A stretch of DNA of 64,000 bases from a virus (taxonomy: Duplodnaviria; Heunggongvirae; Uroviricota; Caudoviricetes): the IMG/VR virus record IMGVR_UViG_3300028888_000086; one strand, given 5' to 3'. The position numbers were made by a program, and so were the translations under genes. This document shows positions 1 through 10,814 of the stretch, one piece after another (the first letter of the stretch is position 1; the number at the start of each line of letters is the position of its first letter). The notes under the pieces were generated by a model that saw only the letters and a list, made by a program, of their open reading frames with translations, had not been told where the DNA came from and ran no database searches.

Positions 1-31
1 ACTACTGCACATGTTAGTTTCTTCATAATCT

Positions 32-730
32 TCAATTATTAATATCAGTATTATAAACTACATCCATTAAATCAATAATTTTAAACTTACCAACTTCCGG
101 AAAATCATATTCTTTTTGTTCTGAATCAATTAATACATTCCAATTATTTTTATCATCACTAAAATTTAAATAATATTTTTTACCAGATTTATGAGAAATT
201 CTAAGTTTATGTATTCTAATCCACAATAAGTCACCATCATCAGTCATAACAATAGCTCCAATATTATGAGAGTATTTAAGAACTTCTGCCTGATTTTTAT
301 CGTCATTTATATACTTGAGAAGATCTATACTTAAATTTTCTCTAGACTTATATAATTTTTTAAGTCTTTCAAAAAATGCTTCATCCTCTACCAATTGACA
401 GTGAAGTGAATAAGGCATAAATCTTTTCATTTCACCGGTTTTTTCAGGATCACCAAATGAAAAACCTTCTGGAATAATTCTTACTTCATGTCTTTTTTTA
501 TCTTCAGTTTTATAAATACAATTATAAGTCATAGTTACAGCATCAAATTCTCTAATACTGTCTATAAGAACTTTTTCCATAGTATTTGTCCACTTGCTAT
601 CTTTATCTTTCTTAAAATCAACTAAAATAACAATCTGTCCAACATACTTTAAAATTTCAGCACCAGGAGTAATATACTTATAACTCCCTTTATCAAATCC
701 ATAAGTCTTTTTTAATTTATTTTTATCCAT
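32..730 (-). CDS. hypothetical protein
   Basis: 232-aa ORF, no recognisable motif; Lys-rich. Confidence 0.5.
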   Translation of the reverse strand: MDKNKLKKTYGFDKGSYKYITPGAEILKYVGQIVILVDFKKDKDSKWTNTMEKVLIDSIREFDAVTMTYNCIYKTEDKKRHEVRIIPEGFSFGDPEKTGEMKRFMPYSLHCQLVEDEAFFERLKKLYKSRENLSIDLLKYINDDKNQAEVLKYSHNIGAIVMTDDGDLLWIRIHKLRISHKSGKKYYLNFSDDKNNWNVLIDSEQKEYDFPEVGKFKIIDLMDVVYNTDINN

Positions 731-818
731 AGTATTTTAAATTTTTTAGATTTATTTTCATAATTAAGGTTTTGATATAACTTAATCCCCTTATATTTGA
801 ATTTCAAACTAAATCAGT

Positions 819-2346
819 ATGGAAGTTAGATTTATAGAGTTAATGTTTTTTAAATTGAAAATAATTATTATTGTTGTTGGTAATAAGGCTTTAGTTTTTG
901 ATAATAAAAGAAGTAATAAATGTAGATATAAATTATCTACAGCTCACTCAGTATTACATCAGTTTCCGGAATTTGAATATAAATTTATACCTGAATCTAG
1001 AGATATAGATATGATAATAATAGAGGTAATGGATAAAATAAAAAAATTATATAGATCTGATAAAATATTGAAACATAATCCAACTATTATTACCAATATT
1101 AATATGCGTATTAAAGAATCAGATAAAAATCTCTTAAATATATATTTATCATAATGATGTGGTTTTATATAGTTTCTAATAAACGGAATAAAAATTATTC
1201 TTTATATATATTATTTAAAGACGGAGATTATTATAAAGCTGTTGGTATTAAAATTAAAGAATATAATAGAAAAATAATAACTACTTATAAAACAATTGAA
1301 GAAAGTAGTGCTAAATCAGTTTTTCATTTCTCTCAAATACCACCAGATTTATTAATTATTAGTGATAATATGAAAGAATTTATGCATATTAATAAAATTC
1401 TTATGGAAAATGAAAATATCTATTATTATAGAGAAGCAAATTTTTCTTCTGAATTAGAAAATAAATTAATAAATATACTTCTTAATTATATTGAAGACTT
1501 TATTGATGATTATAGATACATATGAAAATGTATAGATGGGCAATAATAGAAGAATTTAAAACAGTTCCTTTTAGTAATAAAAAATATTCTTTTTGCTATT
1601 TAATATTTATTAGTAATATTGATTCTGTTAGGACTGGTATATTAGGATTTCGTTTAGATTCACCTAAATTAGTTGGAATAACCTATATAAAAGAAAAAAT
1701 AATTAATAATTTTAATTATTATTTAATATATTTTACTAAAAGTTTAGGGGGTTTTAATTATATCTTAAATCAATTAAATAATAATCCAGAAAATTTTATA
1801 GAAGAATATACTACTATTTCAAATATTAGTAGTAGAATTATATGTAAATTATGTATACCACCATATTTAAATGATTTAATTGATGAAAAAGTACGTTGTT
1901 TGTACACTTAAACTTATAGGATGAAAAAAATATATGTTATAGATGGTAATGTAATAGAGAAAAGTTATTCATTTAGTAAGAATAAAACCTTTAAAAAATC
2001 TTATAGATACATTTTATTTATAATTACTAATAATAAAGTTATAGATAATGAATATTTTTTACTTGGTTTTGGAATAGGAATGAATACAAATAGAAAATAT
2101 ATAACAAAAAAATCTATTATAATATTATTATATTTTCTTACAAAACTTTTAATAGTAGAGGATAAAATATATCAGAACATTAACTATTCTGTTGATATTG
2201 GTAATTTAGATAATTTTGATATTATAGAAAAAATAAAAAATAAACATAAAGTAATAAATGTCAAAAAAGAGTTTATTATAGAATTAGAAGATAATATAAT
2301 AAATGATTTTTTATATTATTATTTTAATTATGGAAAAAAGAAGTAG
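819..2346 (+). CDS. four consecutive small hypothetical ORFs (819-1154, 1154-1525, 1522-1911, 1921-2346), translationally coupled (ATGA overlaps), very AT-rich and low complexity
   Basis: Same-strand chain with overlapping stop/start. The sequences are I/N/K/Y-rich with no motifs, so they could partly be non-coding. Confidence 0.35.
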
Positions 2347-2379
2347 CTAGGTTTTTAATTTCCCAGCTACTTTTATTTT

Positions 2380-3018
2380 TTACATTAATTCTTCATTATA
2401 AACTCTTAATTTTTGTAATCTAAAGTATCTATCTAAACATTTAAATCTTGTTAAAAAATACTGTTTTCTATCTACTTCACCTGATCCACCATAAGAGATA
2501 AATATATCTTCAAAATCTATGTAAGTTTCATTTAATATTAATCTTAAATTTCCATTTTCTAGATATTTTTTAGCAGTACCAGGTTGTAATTCTGCTAATG
2601 ATATATGTGGAGTATAACTATCAAAATCACTACTTACATCATATTTATTTCTTAATCCCTTATTAATATTAAATAATCTTAAATAAAAATCAGTATTCTT
2701 TTTTAGTTTTAATATAATATAATCAGAATCATTTTCAAAACTACTTAATTCAAAAAAATTCAATACTTTAAATGCACATTCTTTTTTACATAAACTTAGT
2801 AATTTATAATAATCTTCATCTCCTAATATTGTTTTTATATCAGGTAATACTTCTTGTTTATTTACTATTTTTCCTTGTGCAAATAGTAAAGTTATATGAG
2901 AGTCCAATTCAACACCCGTATCCTTTAGATCAGTTGTATCGAAAACACAACCAAGATCTACGGGAGTCATTAAATTTACACCTAGCATTAAACAGCTATT
3001 AATTTCTTTATTTTCCAT
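2380..3018 (-). CDS. 2H phosphoesterase superfamily protein (LigT / 2'-5' RNA ligase / cyclic phosphodiesterase-like)
   Basis: Two H-x-T/S-x motifs at the spacing expected for 2H enzymes: DSHITLLFA and YTPHISLAEL; ~210 aa, typical size. Confidence 0.5.
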   Translation of the reverse strand: MENKEINSCLMLGVNLMTPVDLGCVFDTTDLKDTGVELDSHITLLFAQGKIVNKQEVLPDIKTILGDEDYYKLLSLCKKECAFKVLNFFELSSFENDSDYIILKLKKNTDFYLRLFNINKGLRNKYDVSSDFDSYTPHISLAELQPGTAKKYLENGNLRLILNETYIDFEDIFISYGGSGEVDRKQYFLTRFKCLDRYFRLQKLRVYNEELM

Positions 3019-3025
3019 AATCTAG

Positions 3026-4885
3026 TTATTTTTTCGATTTTCCTGCTCTAAATTTATTCTTCATTTTTTCTGTATCTTCTCTCAAACTACTACCACCAAC
3101 TCCATAACCTTCTTCATTAACAACCATAAGACCTAATCCTAATAAGTTGTTTAAGAATTTTTGGTTATCCTCTGTCGTAACTGCTTCTCTTGCTTTTTCT
3201 ATAAACGGTCTTGCATTTCTAGATAACAGAGCAGATAAATCCATCTCACTGATCTTTTGTCCTGTTACTCTATATCTACCTTGACCCATTATAGGTTCAT
3301 CTTTCTTTGGATTAATGTCATGGAAAGCATCGTTACCAAATAAGGATGAAGTTACTTTACTTGAATAAGACGGTATATGATGTAGTTCAATAAGAGTCAT
3401 CCATCCACACTGTAATTTCTTATCAACTGGGACAAATTTACCTGTCATATTTTTAACTACCTTTTCATATTCTTCAGCAGTTAAATTGGCTTTTAATTCA
3501 TCCAGGTCAGTTACAGAAGACTCAGGCATTAAAATTTGACTCTGAGATTCTACATTTAATTCAGTCATCCACTCTTCTACTTTACTAGGTGTGAATTCTG
3601 AATAACAACCTACATTAAAATAGTATACTTCTTCAATAGGTTTAGTATCATGAAGCTTTAAGAATTCATCAACACTTAATTTATCATAACGCCCTTGATA
3701 ATATTTGTTTATAAGTGGCATTATTTTATTTCTTCCTGTTTTTGTTTTCTTATATTCTTCAACCATTTCATATAATCTGTACGCTATCAAACCTAATGAT
3801 TCCTCTAATAATACACCAGCAATTTTTCTATTAATGGTACTATAAGGATTCATAACAACCTCTACCCTATATTGTTTTCCAGTATTTTTATCAACCATTA
3901 TAGGCATCAATTCATCTGGCAAAACAGTAGAAATAACACCTTTACCACCATATCTATTAGTTACTTTAGAACCTACCATAAGAGTTGTTACTTTAATTAA
4001 TCTTATTCTTACAGTATAGACAACTTTATAATCATCTCTATCCATAACAATAGGATCTAAGTTATCAGCAGCCACATACTCGGGGAACTTATCAAAAATT
4101 ATAGATCTATCCTTATTTTTGTTATATTCCTCAATTACAGGCTCAGAAGTAGTAGCAAATTTATAATCTACCTTTACTGACTTCGGAATTTTAGGTTTTT
4201 CATTTTTCTGAATTAATACGTCAGATACATAAGCCTCGTCTATATTATTTGGAACCTTATATCTCTCTTCTGTAGTATATTGTGAGAGATCCTTTTTACC
4301 TTCTTCTCCAAATAATCCACCTAATTTTTCATTAAGGGCTTTATTAATTTCATCTAATCGTCTTGCTGCAAAATATGTAACTAATGAATCTCCAGAATGT
4401 ACCTTAGTTCCAACAGGTATAATCCACTTTAAAGCAGAAGAAGTTTTTATATTTAATCTTATATCAATTAAACTATAGTGAGACATCCTTCTAGCATAAG
4501 ATTCAGATACAACTAAAGCATCTTCATTAACAAGACCAAACATAGCGTGGAATAAAACCAATGTATTTAAACCAGACTTATATGTATCTTCATTTAATCC
4601 AACAGCTCCAGTAATGATATCTCCCTTTTTAACAGTTTGACCTACTTTTACTTTAGGCTCTGTGTAAATACTAATATCATTTAAAGATTGAATTGCTGTT
4701 CTTCTATTAATATCAACAGTTTCACCATTATTGAGTTTAACTGTTACTTTATCAGAATCTATACTTACAACTTTTCCTTCATCATACTCAAATTTTTCAT
4801 TAAGTATGTTATTTTTAAGCTCTTCATCGTGTCCTGTGTCAACTAAAGGACGCTGAGCATTAACTAAAGGGATACTTTGTTTCAT
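3026..4885 (-). CDS. rpoB: RNA polymerase beta subunit, C-terminal exon (exon 2)
   Basis: MKQSIPLVNAQRPLVDTG aligns to bacterial NMQRQAVPL..EAPLVGTG. It also has NRYGGKGVIS (RHGNKGV motif), MNPYSTINRKIAG, and GQGRYRVTGQKISEMDLSAL (GGQRFGEMEVWAL). Confidence 0.9.
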   Translation of the reverse strand: MKQSIPLVNAQRPLVDTGHDEELKNNILNEKFEYDEGKVVSIDSDKVTVKLNNGETVDINRRTAIQSLNDISIYTEPKVKVGQTVKKGDIITGAVGLNEDTYKSGLNTLVLFHAMFGLVNEDALVVSESYARRMSHYSLIDIRLNIKTSSALKWIIPVGTKVHSGDSLVTYFAARRLDEINKALNEKLGGLFGEEGKKDLSQYTTEERYKVPNNIDEAYVSDVLIQKNEKPKIPKSVKVDYKFATTSEPVIEEYNKNKDRSIIFDKFPEYVAADNLDPIVMDRDDYKVVYTVRIRLIKVTTLMVGSKVTNRYGGKGVISTVLPDELMPIMVDKNTGKQYRVEVVMNPYSTINRKIAGVLLEESLGLIAYRLYEMVEEYKKTKTGRNKIMPLINKYYQGRYDKLSVDEFLKLHDTKPIEEVYYFNVGCYSEFTPSKVEEWMTELNVESQSQILMPESSVTDLDELKANLTAEEYEKVVKNMTGKFVPVDKKLQCGWMTLIELHHIPSYSSKVTSSLFGNDAFHDINPKKDEPIMGQGRYRVTGQKISEMDLSALLSRNARPFIEKAREAVTTEDNQKFLNNLLGLGLMVVNEEGYGVGGSSLREDTEKMKNKFRAGKSKK

Positions 4886-4892
4886 TAATATT

Positions 4893-5260
4893 CCACTAGG
4901 TTCGTTATTCCTAGTGCGTTCTCAGATAATAATATCTTGAACTGCTTATACTTTCATATAAGATTAGACTATATCTTCATCCTTAATTACTTAAGGAGCT
5001 TAGCACTTCCACTAGACTTCTAGTGTACTCTCTTTCGAGATAGTCGTTGGGGTTAAATCTATTATACTGAGTTGGTCAATTCTCAGTTTAATTATATTTA
5101 AATTTAACCTGCTGATTGCCCATTGTTTCATATTAACCTTGTTCATCATAAGTGACCAAACCTACTATAGTTAATCTTTAGGGGATTCCAGCATTTCACT
5201 AAGTGTACATAACATATTACTATGTTACTGCTCAATTTTACACAAAGCATAGAGCATCCC
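4893..5260 (-). mobile_element. group I intron (family 1, no ORF) in rpoB-like gene; boundaries +/-10 nt
   Basis: It separates ...RRIPFINSTDSVRISMG (aligns to SLIPFLEHDDANRALMG) from MKQSIPLV. Minus-strand R element CCCCAACGACUAUCUC at ~5036-5053 and S element GGAUGAAGAUAUAGUCUAAUC at ~4957-4978 are in the right order and spacing. The terminal G precedes exon 2. Confidence 0.7.
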
Positions 5261-6567
5261 ATTGAAATACGAACAGAGTCAGTAGAGTTAATAAATGGAA
5301 TACGTCTGGTTGTTGAAGAAAGTCGATAATCAGGGTGTAAGTCTATTAAATCTATTTCTTCTACATTAACCATTTTTCTTTTCATTCTATATTTTACCTC
5401 TACTTGTCCACTTTCATTAGGCTTTAATATTTTCTTATCATAATCAACAAATTCAGATGCACATACTTTAGAATTCAAATAATCAATATAAGGAATAGTT
5501 ATCTTATTAAATTCTTTATCATATACATCAAACATTACACCATCATCAGTAATATGTGTAGATACTGTTAATGAGTTTTGTTTATTTGTATTATTATTAA
5601 TAGGAGTATCAGCTAAGTCAATAAGATCCGTAAAAGTTGTATTAAAAGCCGTAGTTTCAGGTATTTGAATTTTACTACCTAAACTATCCAAATTTATAGC
5701 ATTGATTCCAGGAGGTACTTGTAAATTACTATCTCCTTTTGATTCACTAGTTCCTTTAAAAAATCTAAAAGCTAAAGTTGTAATAGCTGTAACTTCTTCT
5801 TGAATCTTATTATACTTAGTAAAATAACTAGTAATTCTTCTTCTTGCTGATATATAATTACTTCCATTACTAGATCTAAATAAGAAATTCATAAAACTAG
5901 TATATACACTATCTATCTTCTTATCAACTATCAAGTCCTTTAGTCTATCATCCCCGAAAGCTAAACACTCATCAATAAGCTTTGTAGTAATATATTCTGG
6001 CTTATAATCTAAATCTAACTTAATCTGAAATTTCTTTATTTGTATATCAGTAAGTTTTAGTTGTTCTTTTTTATCACCAGTTAGTTTATCAATGTCTTCA
6101 TACTTAATTTCTATAGCTCTTTCTGAAACACTAGGATTTAATTCATTCTGCCTTTTGATTTTTAATACACCTTTTTTGATATCATATTTTCTATTATAGT
6201 CAAAGTTTATATATTGATCTCCTACATCAGACATACGAATCCTACAGTCAAAATCTCCGTCTAATTTATTTGTTGCAATTCTATAAGCTCCTTCGATAAT
6301 AAAAGCTCCATCAATCTCTTTAGGTATTTCAAAAGTTGCATATTTTATCTCAGGGTTATCATTTAATCTATACGAAATTTCTATTAGGTGAGATGCTGTT
6401 AAACTATTTTCTATATAATAAGCAGCTGGTCTTGGTGGTTGTTCTTTAATAGTATAATCTAAATCTACTATACTATATTTCGTATTAAATGAATCCACCT
6501 TATTAAAAAACCTAGTTACTATAGTTTTAATACCATCTCTTTTTAATAATTCATTGAAATTACTCAT
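5146..6567 (-). CDS. rpoB: RNA polymerase beta subunit, N-terminal exon (true exon end ~5257-5261; ORF tail reads into the intron)
   Basis: IDGAFIIEGAYRIA (GxFIINGxERV), LQVPPGINAINLDSLG (ETPEGPNIGLI), RRIPFINSTDSVRISMG. Confidence 0.85.
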   Translation of the reverse strand: MSNFNELLKRDGIKTIVTRFFNKVDSFNTKYSIVDLDYTIKEQPPRPAAYYIENSLTASHLIEISYRLNDNPEIKYATFEIPKEIDGAFIIEGAYRIATNKLDGDFDCRIRMSDVGDQYINFDYNRKYDIKKGVLKIKRQNELNPSVSERAIEIKYEDIDKLTGDKKEQLKLTDIQIKKFQIKLDLDYKPEYITTKLIDECLAFGDDRLKDLIVDKKIDSVYTSFMNFLFRSSNGSNYISARRRITSYFTKYNKIQEEVTAITTLAFRFFKGTSESKGDSNLQVPPGINAINLDSLGSKIQIPETTAFNTTFTDLIDLADTPINNNTNKQNSLTVSTHITDDGVMFDVYDKEFNKITIPYIDYLNSKVCASEFVDYDKKILKPNESGQVEVKYRMKRKMVNVEEIDLIDLHPDYRLSSTTRRIPFINSTDSVRISMGCSMLCVKLSSNIVICYVHLVKCWNPLKINYSRFGHL

Positions 6568-6571
6568 CTTT

Positions 6572-6919
6572 TTATACTAATGATTTTATATTGATTTGTT
6601 TATACTCACAATCAACTGAATTAAAGAACTCCTCTAATTCATTCTTTATTTTATCTTTTATATCCCTAGCAGCAACATACTCACTCATAGGTAATTCTCC
6701 ACTACATCTTATAAATGCACTATAAGATACTAAATAATTATACGTATCTTTTAATTGATATATAACTAACTTTACAGAAAATCTATCATATTTTTCTGGT
6801 ATACTATTCTTTAAAGTTTCGTATAATATATCTCTGGCTTTTGTAATACTTGGATCTAAATTGTCTTCTAATATGTTGTAAGGAATTTCATAAGATAATA
6901 AAATTTCAAAATAATTCAT
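6572..6919 (-). CDS. hypothetical protein between rpoC and rpoB
   Basis: 115-aa ORF in RNAP operon context. Confidence 0.5.
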   Translation of the reverse strand: MNYFEILLSYEIPYNILEDNLDPSITKARDILYETLKNSIPEKYDRFSVKLVIYQLKDTYNYLVSYSAFIRCSGELPMSEYVAARDIKDKIKNELEEFFNSVDCEYKQINIKSLV

Positions 6920-6933
6920 AAACTTTAAAATTC

Positions 6934-7146
6934 TTAAAACTCTGCTGAATCCATAAAGTTATTAGAATTAGCAGATTTTGATTTAACTGTTGCCTTCTTT
7001 TTTATAGCAACTTCTTCTTTCTTGTCAACTGATGGGGTAGTAGAATTAACAACTACTACCTCACCATTCTTTATTGACAATTTAATATTCAAATTTAATT
7101 CATCCTCAAAATTTGGAATCTCTAAACTTAAATTTAAAACTTTCAT
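6934..7146 (-). CDS. hypothetical small protein
   Basis: 70-aa ORF in RNAP operon. Confidence 0.4.
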   Translation of the reverse strand: MKVLNLSLEIPNFEDELNLNIKLSIKNGEVVVVNSTTPSVDKKEEVAIKKKATVKSKSANSNNFMDSAEF

Positions 7147-7147
7147 T

Positions 7148-9244
7148 TTAACCTAATTTGTCGTTTACTAACAAACCTAAAATAACTTCTGACATTACGT
7201 CTCCTTGTAATGAAACCTCTCCTTTTAATGCTTTACTAATTGACTTAGAAGCAAAACCATAAGAAAGAGTTGTATAGAATGAGGGCTTATTTAATACTGC
7301 TGATTGAGTTCCTTGATACTCTATTTCCTCTATTTTTGAAGTTTTAGGATTATAAACAACTCTAGTTAATCCAGCAAATAATAACTCAATAAGCTCTTCT
7401 TGCATTGAGTGTAAATCAGTAATGCCAGTTTTTTGGAATCCATCGTCAGTAACTTCATAAAATTGTTTTCTAAAAATGGTATAAACACTATTAATATCCT
7501 TAACTTTATTAAATCTAGCAGCTATATTATCCATTCTAACAACACCATTACATATTCTATCAAATTTCTTTACTTTAGCACCATCTGGGAAATAATATAT
7601 ACATTTAGGATTATATAAATACTCTTCATTATCTATATAAACATGAATATTACCATTTTTATCCTCATCATATTTTATTATTCCATCATTAATAGCATAA
7701 CAGTCTGATACTAAAACATTTTCTTTCTCAAAATATCTTTGTCCATTACTTCCTCTAGCTCTAAGAAGATTAATTAGGCAGTTTAATTTATAGATAGGAG
7801 ATGTTGTATTATAGGCATAACAAACCTCTTCTCCAGCCTTAAACGTACTTTTACCAACAGTCACTAAATTATCTGGACGTGGATATTTTAATTCTGCTCC
7901 ACGAACTTTAAGGTAAATCCACTTACCCTCTTCTCTAAATGTACAATCTTTAGGGGCTATTAAACAACTAGTTAAATCCAGCTTCCTTTCGTGGCCGCCA
8001 TGTTTTAAGCCAAGAGCTGTTTGAGTTGTACTTTCCATAAGAGAAGTACCAAATGAGAGACCTATAGCAGCACCATCAGTAAAATCAAATTTATTTTTAC
8101 CTAATAAGTCTGGAGTTACTACATTTAAATCTCCTTTATTTTTAGTAACTATAGATCTAACTAGCACTAAATCATCTTCAGAAGGTCTAGCGATCGAGGT
8201 AGTTGGAAATACTTTACCATCTACTGTTGTTCTTCCTAATGCTTTATATCTTGGGATTAATAAACCCTGATTATCTAAATCTTCACCATCTCTATATATA
8301 TAGGAATTTAAACAATAGGAAATTTGACGGTTTAACCATCCGCTCGATGGCACACCGCTAACTTTAATAGATTGTAGTGATCTGTTTTCAATACTATGGT
8401 AGATCATATCTTTTTCATTTAATCCAGTTAATAAAGATCCCCTTGTAATAACAGGTTTTTCATCTATACCAGATATAATGAATTGAGGCATGTTTAGAGC
8501 TGAAATACTAGAAATCTTAACTCTTCCTGCTCTATTTAATTCATCTTTTAAATCGTCTGAAAATTTACCCTCAACTTCTTTTTCATAATCAGCATATTTT
8601 TTAGTTAACATAGCTAATTTTTGTTTGTCAGTAAGTTCTTCAGAGTCAGCTATTCTACAAATTTCTTTATAAGTTTCTGTATCCGTGTCTGCGAATAATG
8701 TTTTGAATGAAAATGTTACAACGCCAGCTTGAGTTACGGCTCTTAATGCCAACTTTTGTAATTCACTTCTTTTTTCTACTCCCTGTTCATCTCTATTTAA
8801 GTAAGAAGATAATTTTACAGCAGCTTTAGCATCCATTCTAGTATATGGATCTTTTAATATATTTAATTTATCTATATCAGCATCCAATATCTTAGAAATC
8901 CTTATTTTACCATAGCATGTTGTTTTACTTTTATAATCTTCACTTCCTATCTTTCCAGTAAAAACAATGGGGGTCCCGTATTTTATCTTTTTTTCAACTT
9001 CAACATCCTTTAGTAAATCCTCGTAGCTTGTATAAAAATATTTTGGATTATCTAAGTCATCGGGATTTTCTAAAACAAACTCGGTTAAAACAGCCAAACC
9101 ATTTAAAGTTTCGTGATTAAATGGAAATATTGGCATGTTATTTTTCTTATAAACATTTACATATCTTGGGGACATTTTATTGTAGGTATCTTCTGCTACA
9201 CTTTCATCAACAAGTTGAATCGAAATTTGATCCCCGTCAAAATC
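7148..9244 (-). CDS. rpoC: RNA polymerase beta' subunit exon 3 (starts at DFDGDQ; the track's TTG start at 9256 is intron sequence)
   Basis: DFDGDQISIQLV is the catalytic NADFDGDQMAVH motif; long C-terminal beta' body. Confidence 0.9.
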   Translation of the reverse strand, partial: DFDGDQISIQLVDESVAEDTYNKMSPRYVNVYKKNNMPIFPFNHETLNGLAVLTEFVLENPDDLDNPKYFYTSYEDLLKDVEVEKKIKYGTPIVFTGKIGSEDYKSKTTCYGKIRISKILDADIDKLNILKDPYTRMDAKAAVKLSSYLNRDEQGVEKRSELQKLALRAVTQAGVVTFSFKTLFADTDTETYKEICRIADSEELTDKQKLAMLTKKYADYEKEVEGKFSDDLKDELNRAGRVKISSISALNMPQFIISGIDEKPVITRGSLLTGLNEKDMIYHSIENRSLQSIKVSGVPSSGWLNRQISYCLNSYIYRDGEDLDNQGLLIPRYKALGRTTVDGKVFPTTSIARPSEDDLVLVRSIVTKNKGDLNVVTPDLLGKNKFDFTDGAAIGLSFGTSLMESTTQTALGLKHGGHERKLDLTSCLIAPKDCTFREEGKWIYLKVRGAELKYPRPDNLVTVGKSTFKAGEEVCYAYNTTSPIYKLNCLINLLRARGSNGQRYFEKENVLVSDCYAINDGIIKYDEDKNGNIHVYIDNEEYLYNPKCIYYFPDGAKVKKFDRICNGVVRMDNIAARFNKVKDINSVYTIFRKQFYEVTDDGFQKTGITDLHSMQEELIELLFAGLTRVVYNPKTSKIEEIEYQGTQSAVLNKPSFYTTLSYGFASKSISKALKGEVSLQGDVMSEVILGLLVNDKLG

Positions 9245-10736
9245 CTTGATATTCAAGCAGTTACGTTACTTCTGCCTCGTTCTCTTATGAACTGCTATAT
9301 GTCTCCATATAGAATAGACTATATCTTCATTATTAAATTTCTTAATAATGTTCCGCTTTTCCACTTACGATTTTAGTGTACTCCTGTAAAAGGATAGTCG
9401 TTGAGGAACAATAAACTTATTAGTCAGATAAGTTTTTTATTTCTTTAAATAATTCATCTAGATCTTCATATACTTTATAAGGATACTTGAAATCACTGTC
9501 TGACTTAGTTTTTATAATATTTGAGTAATAGAATACTCGTAAACCATGTTCTAAACAAAGATTTCGTTTATTATCATCCATTTTAACTCTTTCTTCAAAA
9601 GTATATTTTTTATCAAAAAATTCAGTTGGTTTAAAATGTTGTAATCCTTGACACTCTATAACTGCATTAAAGTCGGGTAAGTAAAAATCTACGTGCTGTT
9701 TTCTTTTATACTTTAACCAATCCCAGGTATATTGTTTTATTATATTAATATTATTATCTTTACAATATAATTCAATATCAACTTCTAAAATAAATCTATC
9801 TCCACAACTAGGACATCCACAATTACTTAAATGTATAGATGGTTGCTGCCAAAACGGTCCATGAGAATTACATATTATCTTAACTGGTGTAGTACAATTT
9901 ACGTACTCAACTTCATCATATCCATAAGTATCTTTATGTATTAATTTTGCGCGACGTATAAATTCTTCAGTATTAATATTAACTCCACCATTACACTCTG
10001 AACACCCATGTCCATATAAATGATCATGTGGTCTTTGAGTAAATTCTTTTTTACACCTATTACAAATCAATTTAACTGGTGTATTGATATTTACATAATT
10101 TACTTCACTGTAATCATATTTATCTTCGCCATGTACTTTTTTAGCTGCTTCTATAAAACTTTCTGTTGTGTATTTTTTATATGGACTTGGATTACATTCT
10201 TTACATCCACATCCCTGTAAAATATCAACCGGCTTAATTTCAAAATACCCATGTATATCACAATTTAGTATAACAGGCGTACTACTATTAATATAATTAA
10301 CTTTATTATATCCGTATCTATCTCCATGAATCTCTCTAGCCTTTTCTATAAACTGTTCCTGTGTATATTTTACTCCACCTTTACAGTTAGGACATCCTTG
10401 TCCACAGAGATGATTGTGTGCAGTCTGAATAAATTCATTTCTGCACTTATTACAAATTATAATAACTTTATCTTTACTTGATGTATAATTTACTTTGCTA
10501 TAATCATATTTATTTTCACCATGTACTTTTTTAGATCTTTCTATAAATTCTTCTGTTGTATATTTTTTCATTATAATTTTAGTTTATATAATTTATTTAT
10601 ATTGTTCCTGCTGATTTTCTCTATTTTATGAATTTTTAGGGTAGGTGACTAAATCCTACATTAACCTCCTATCATAAACCTAGCGAGAGTTTCCAGCATT
10701 TAACGGAATTTTAAAACACCAATTTTAAAATATTTT
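9245..10736 (-). mobile_element. group I intron B of rpoC (family 1), ~1.49 kb, carrying a homing-endonuclease ORF in a peripheral loop just upstream of P7
   Basis: R UUCCUCAACGACUAUCC (~9393-9409) and S GAAGAUAUAGUCUAUUC (~9311-9330) lie downstream of the ORF stop. The intron ends ...AUCAAG before GAU UUU GAC. The 5' exon ends in U (GCU). Confidence 0.65.
9420..10571 (-). CDS. intron-encoded homing endonuclease-like protein: 4 tandem Zn-ribbon repeats plus C-terminal Vsr/PD-(D/E)xK-like nuclease domain
   Basis: The repeat YT.E.FIE...K.HG..YDYS.VNY....P..I.C..HG.F.Q.P..HL.G.GCP.C occurs 4 times. The C-terminus has HVDFYLPDFNAVIECQGLQHF (DFYLP..N.AIE..G.QH). Confidence 0.75.
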   Translation of the reverse strand: MKKYTTEEFIERSKKVHGENKYDYSKVNYTSSKDKVIIICNKCRNEFIQTAHNHLCGQGCPNCKGGVKYTQEQFIEKAREIHGDRYGYNKVNYINSSTPVILNCDIHGYFEIKPVDILQGCGCKECNPSPYKKYTTESFIEAAKKVHGEDKYDYSEVNYVNINTPVKLICNRCKKEFTQRPHDHLYGHGCSECNGGVNINTEEFIRRAKLIHKDTYGYDEVEYVNCTTPVKIICNSHGPFWQQPSIHLSNCGCPSCGDRFILEVDIELYCKDNNINIIKQYTWDWLKYKRKQHVDFYLPDFNAVIECQGLQHFKPTEFFDKKYTFEERVKMDDNKRNLCLEHGLRVFYYSNIIKTKSDSDFKYPYKVYEDLDELFKEIKNLSD

Positions 10737-10814
10737 AGCGTTTAATGGACTACATATGGAGATTGGGAATCTAAGTACATAATCACCATCTCCAGGTTCA
10801 TTTAACCTAACTTT
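10737..10814 (-). CDS. rpoC: rpoC mini-exon 2 (78 nt), encoding KVRLNEPGDGDYVLRFPISICSPLNA
   Basis: It encodes exactly the ~26 aa missing between ...RPPTLH (exon 1) and DFDGD (exon 3). It aligns to bacterial [29 protein letters not shown]. It is preceded by G (10815) and ends in U. Confidence 0.7.

Noticed and set aside
9113-9376. Plus-strand 87-aa ORF
   Set aside because: It spans the rpoC exon 3 / intron B junction on the wrong strand.
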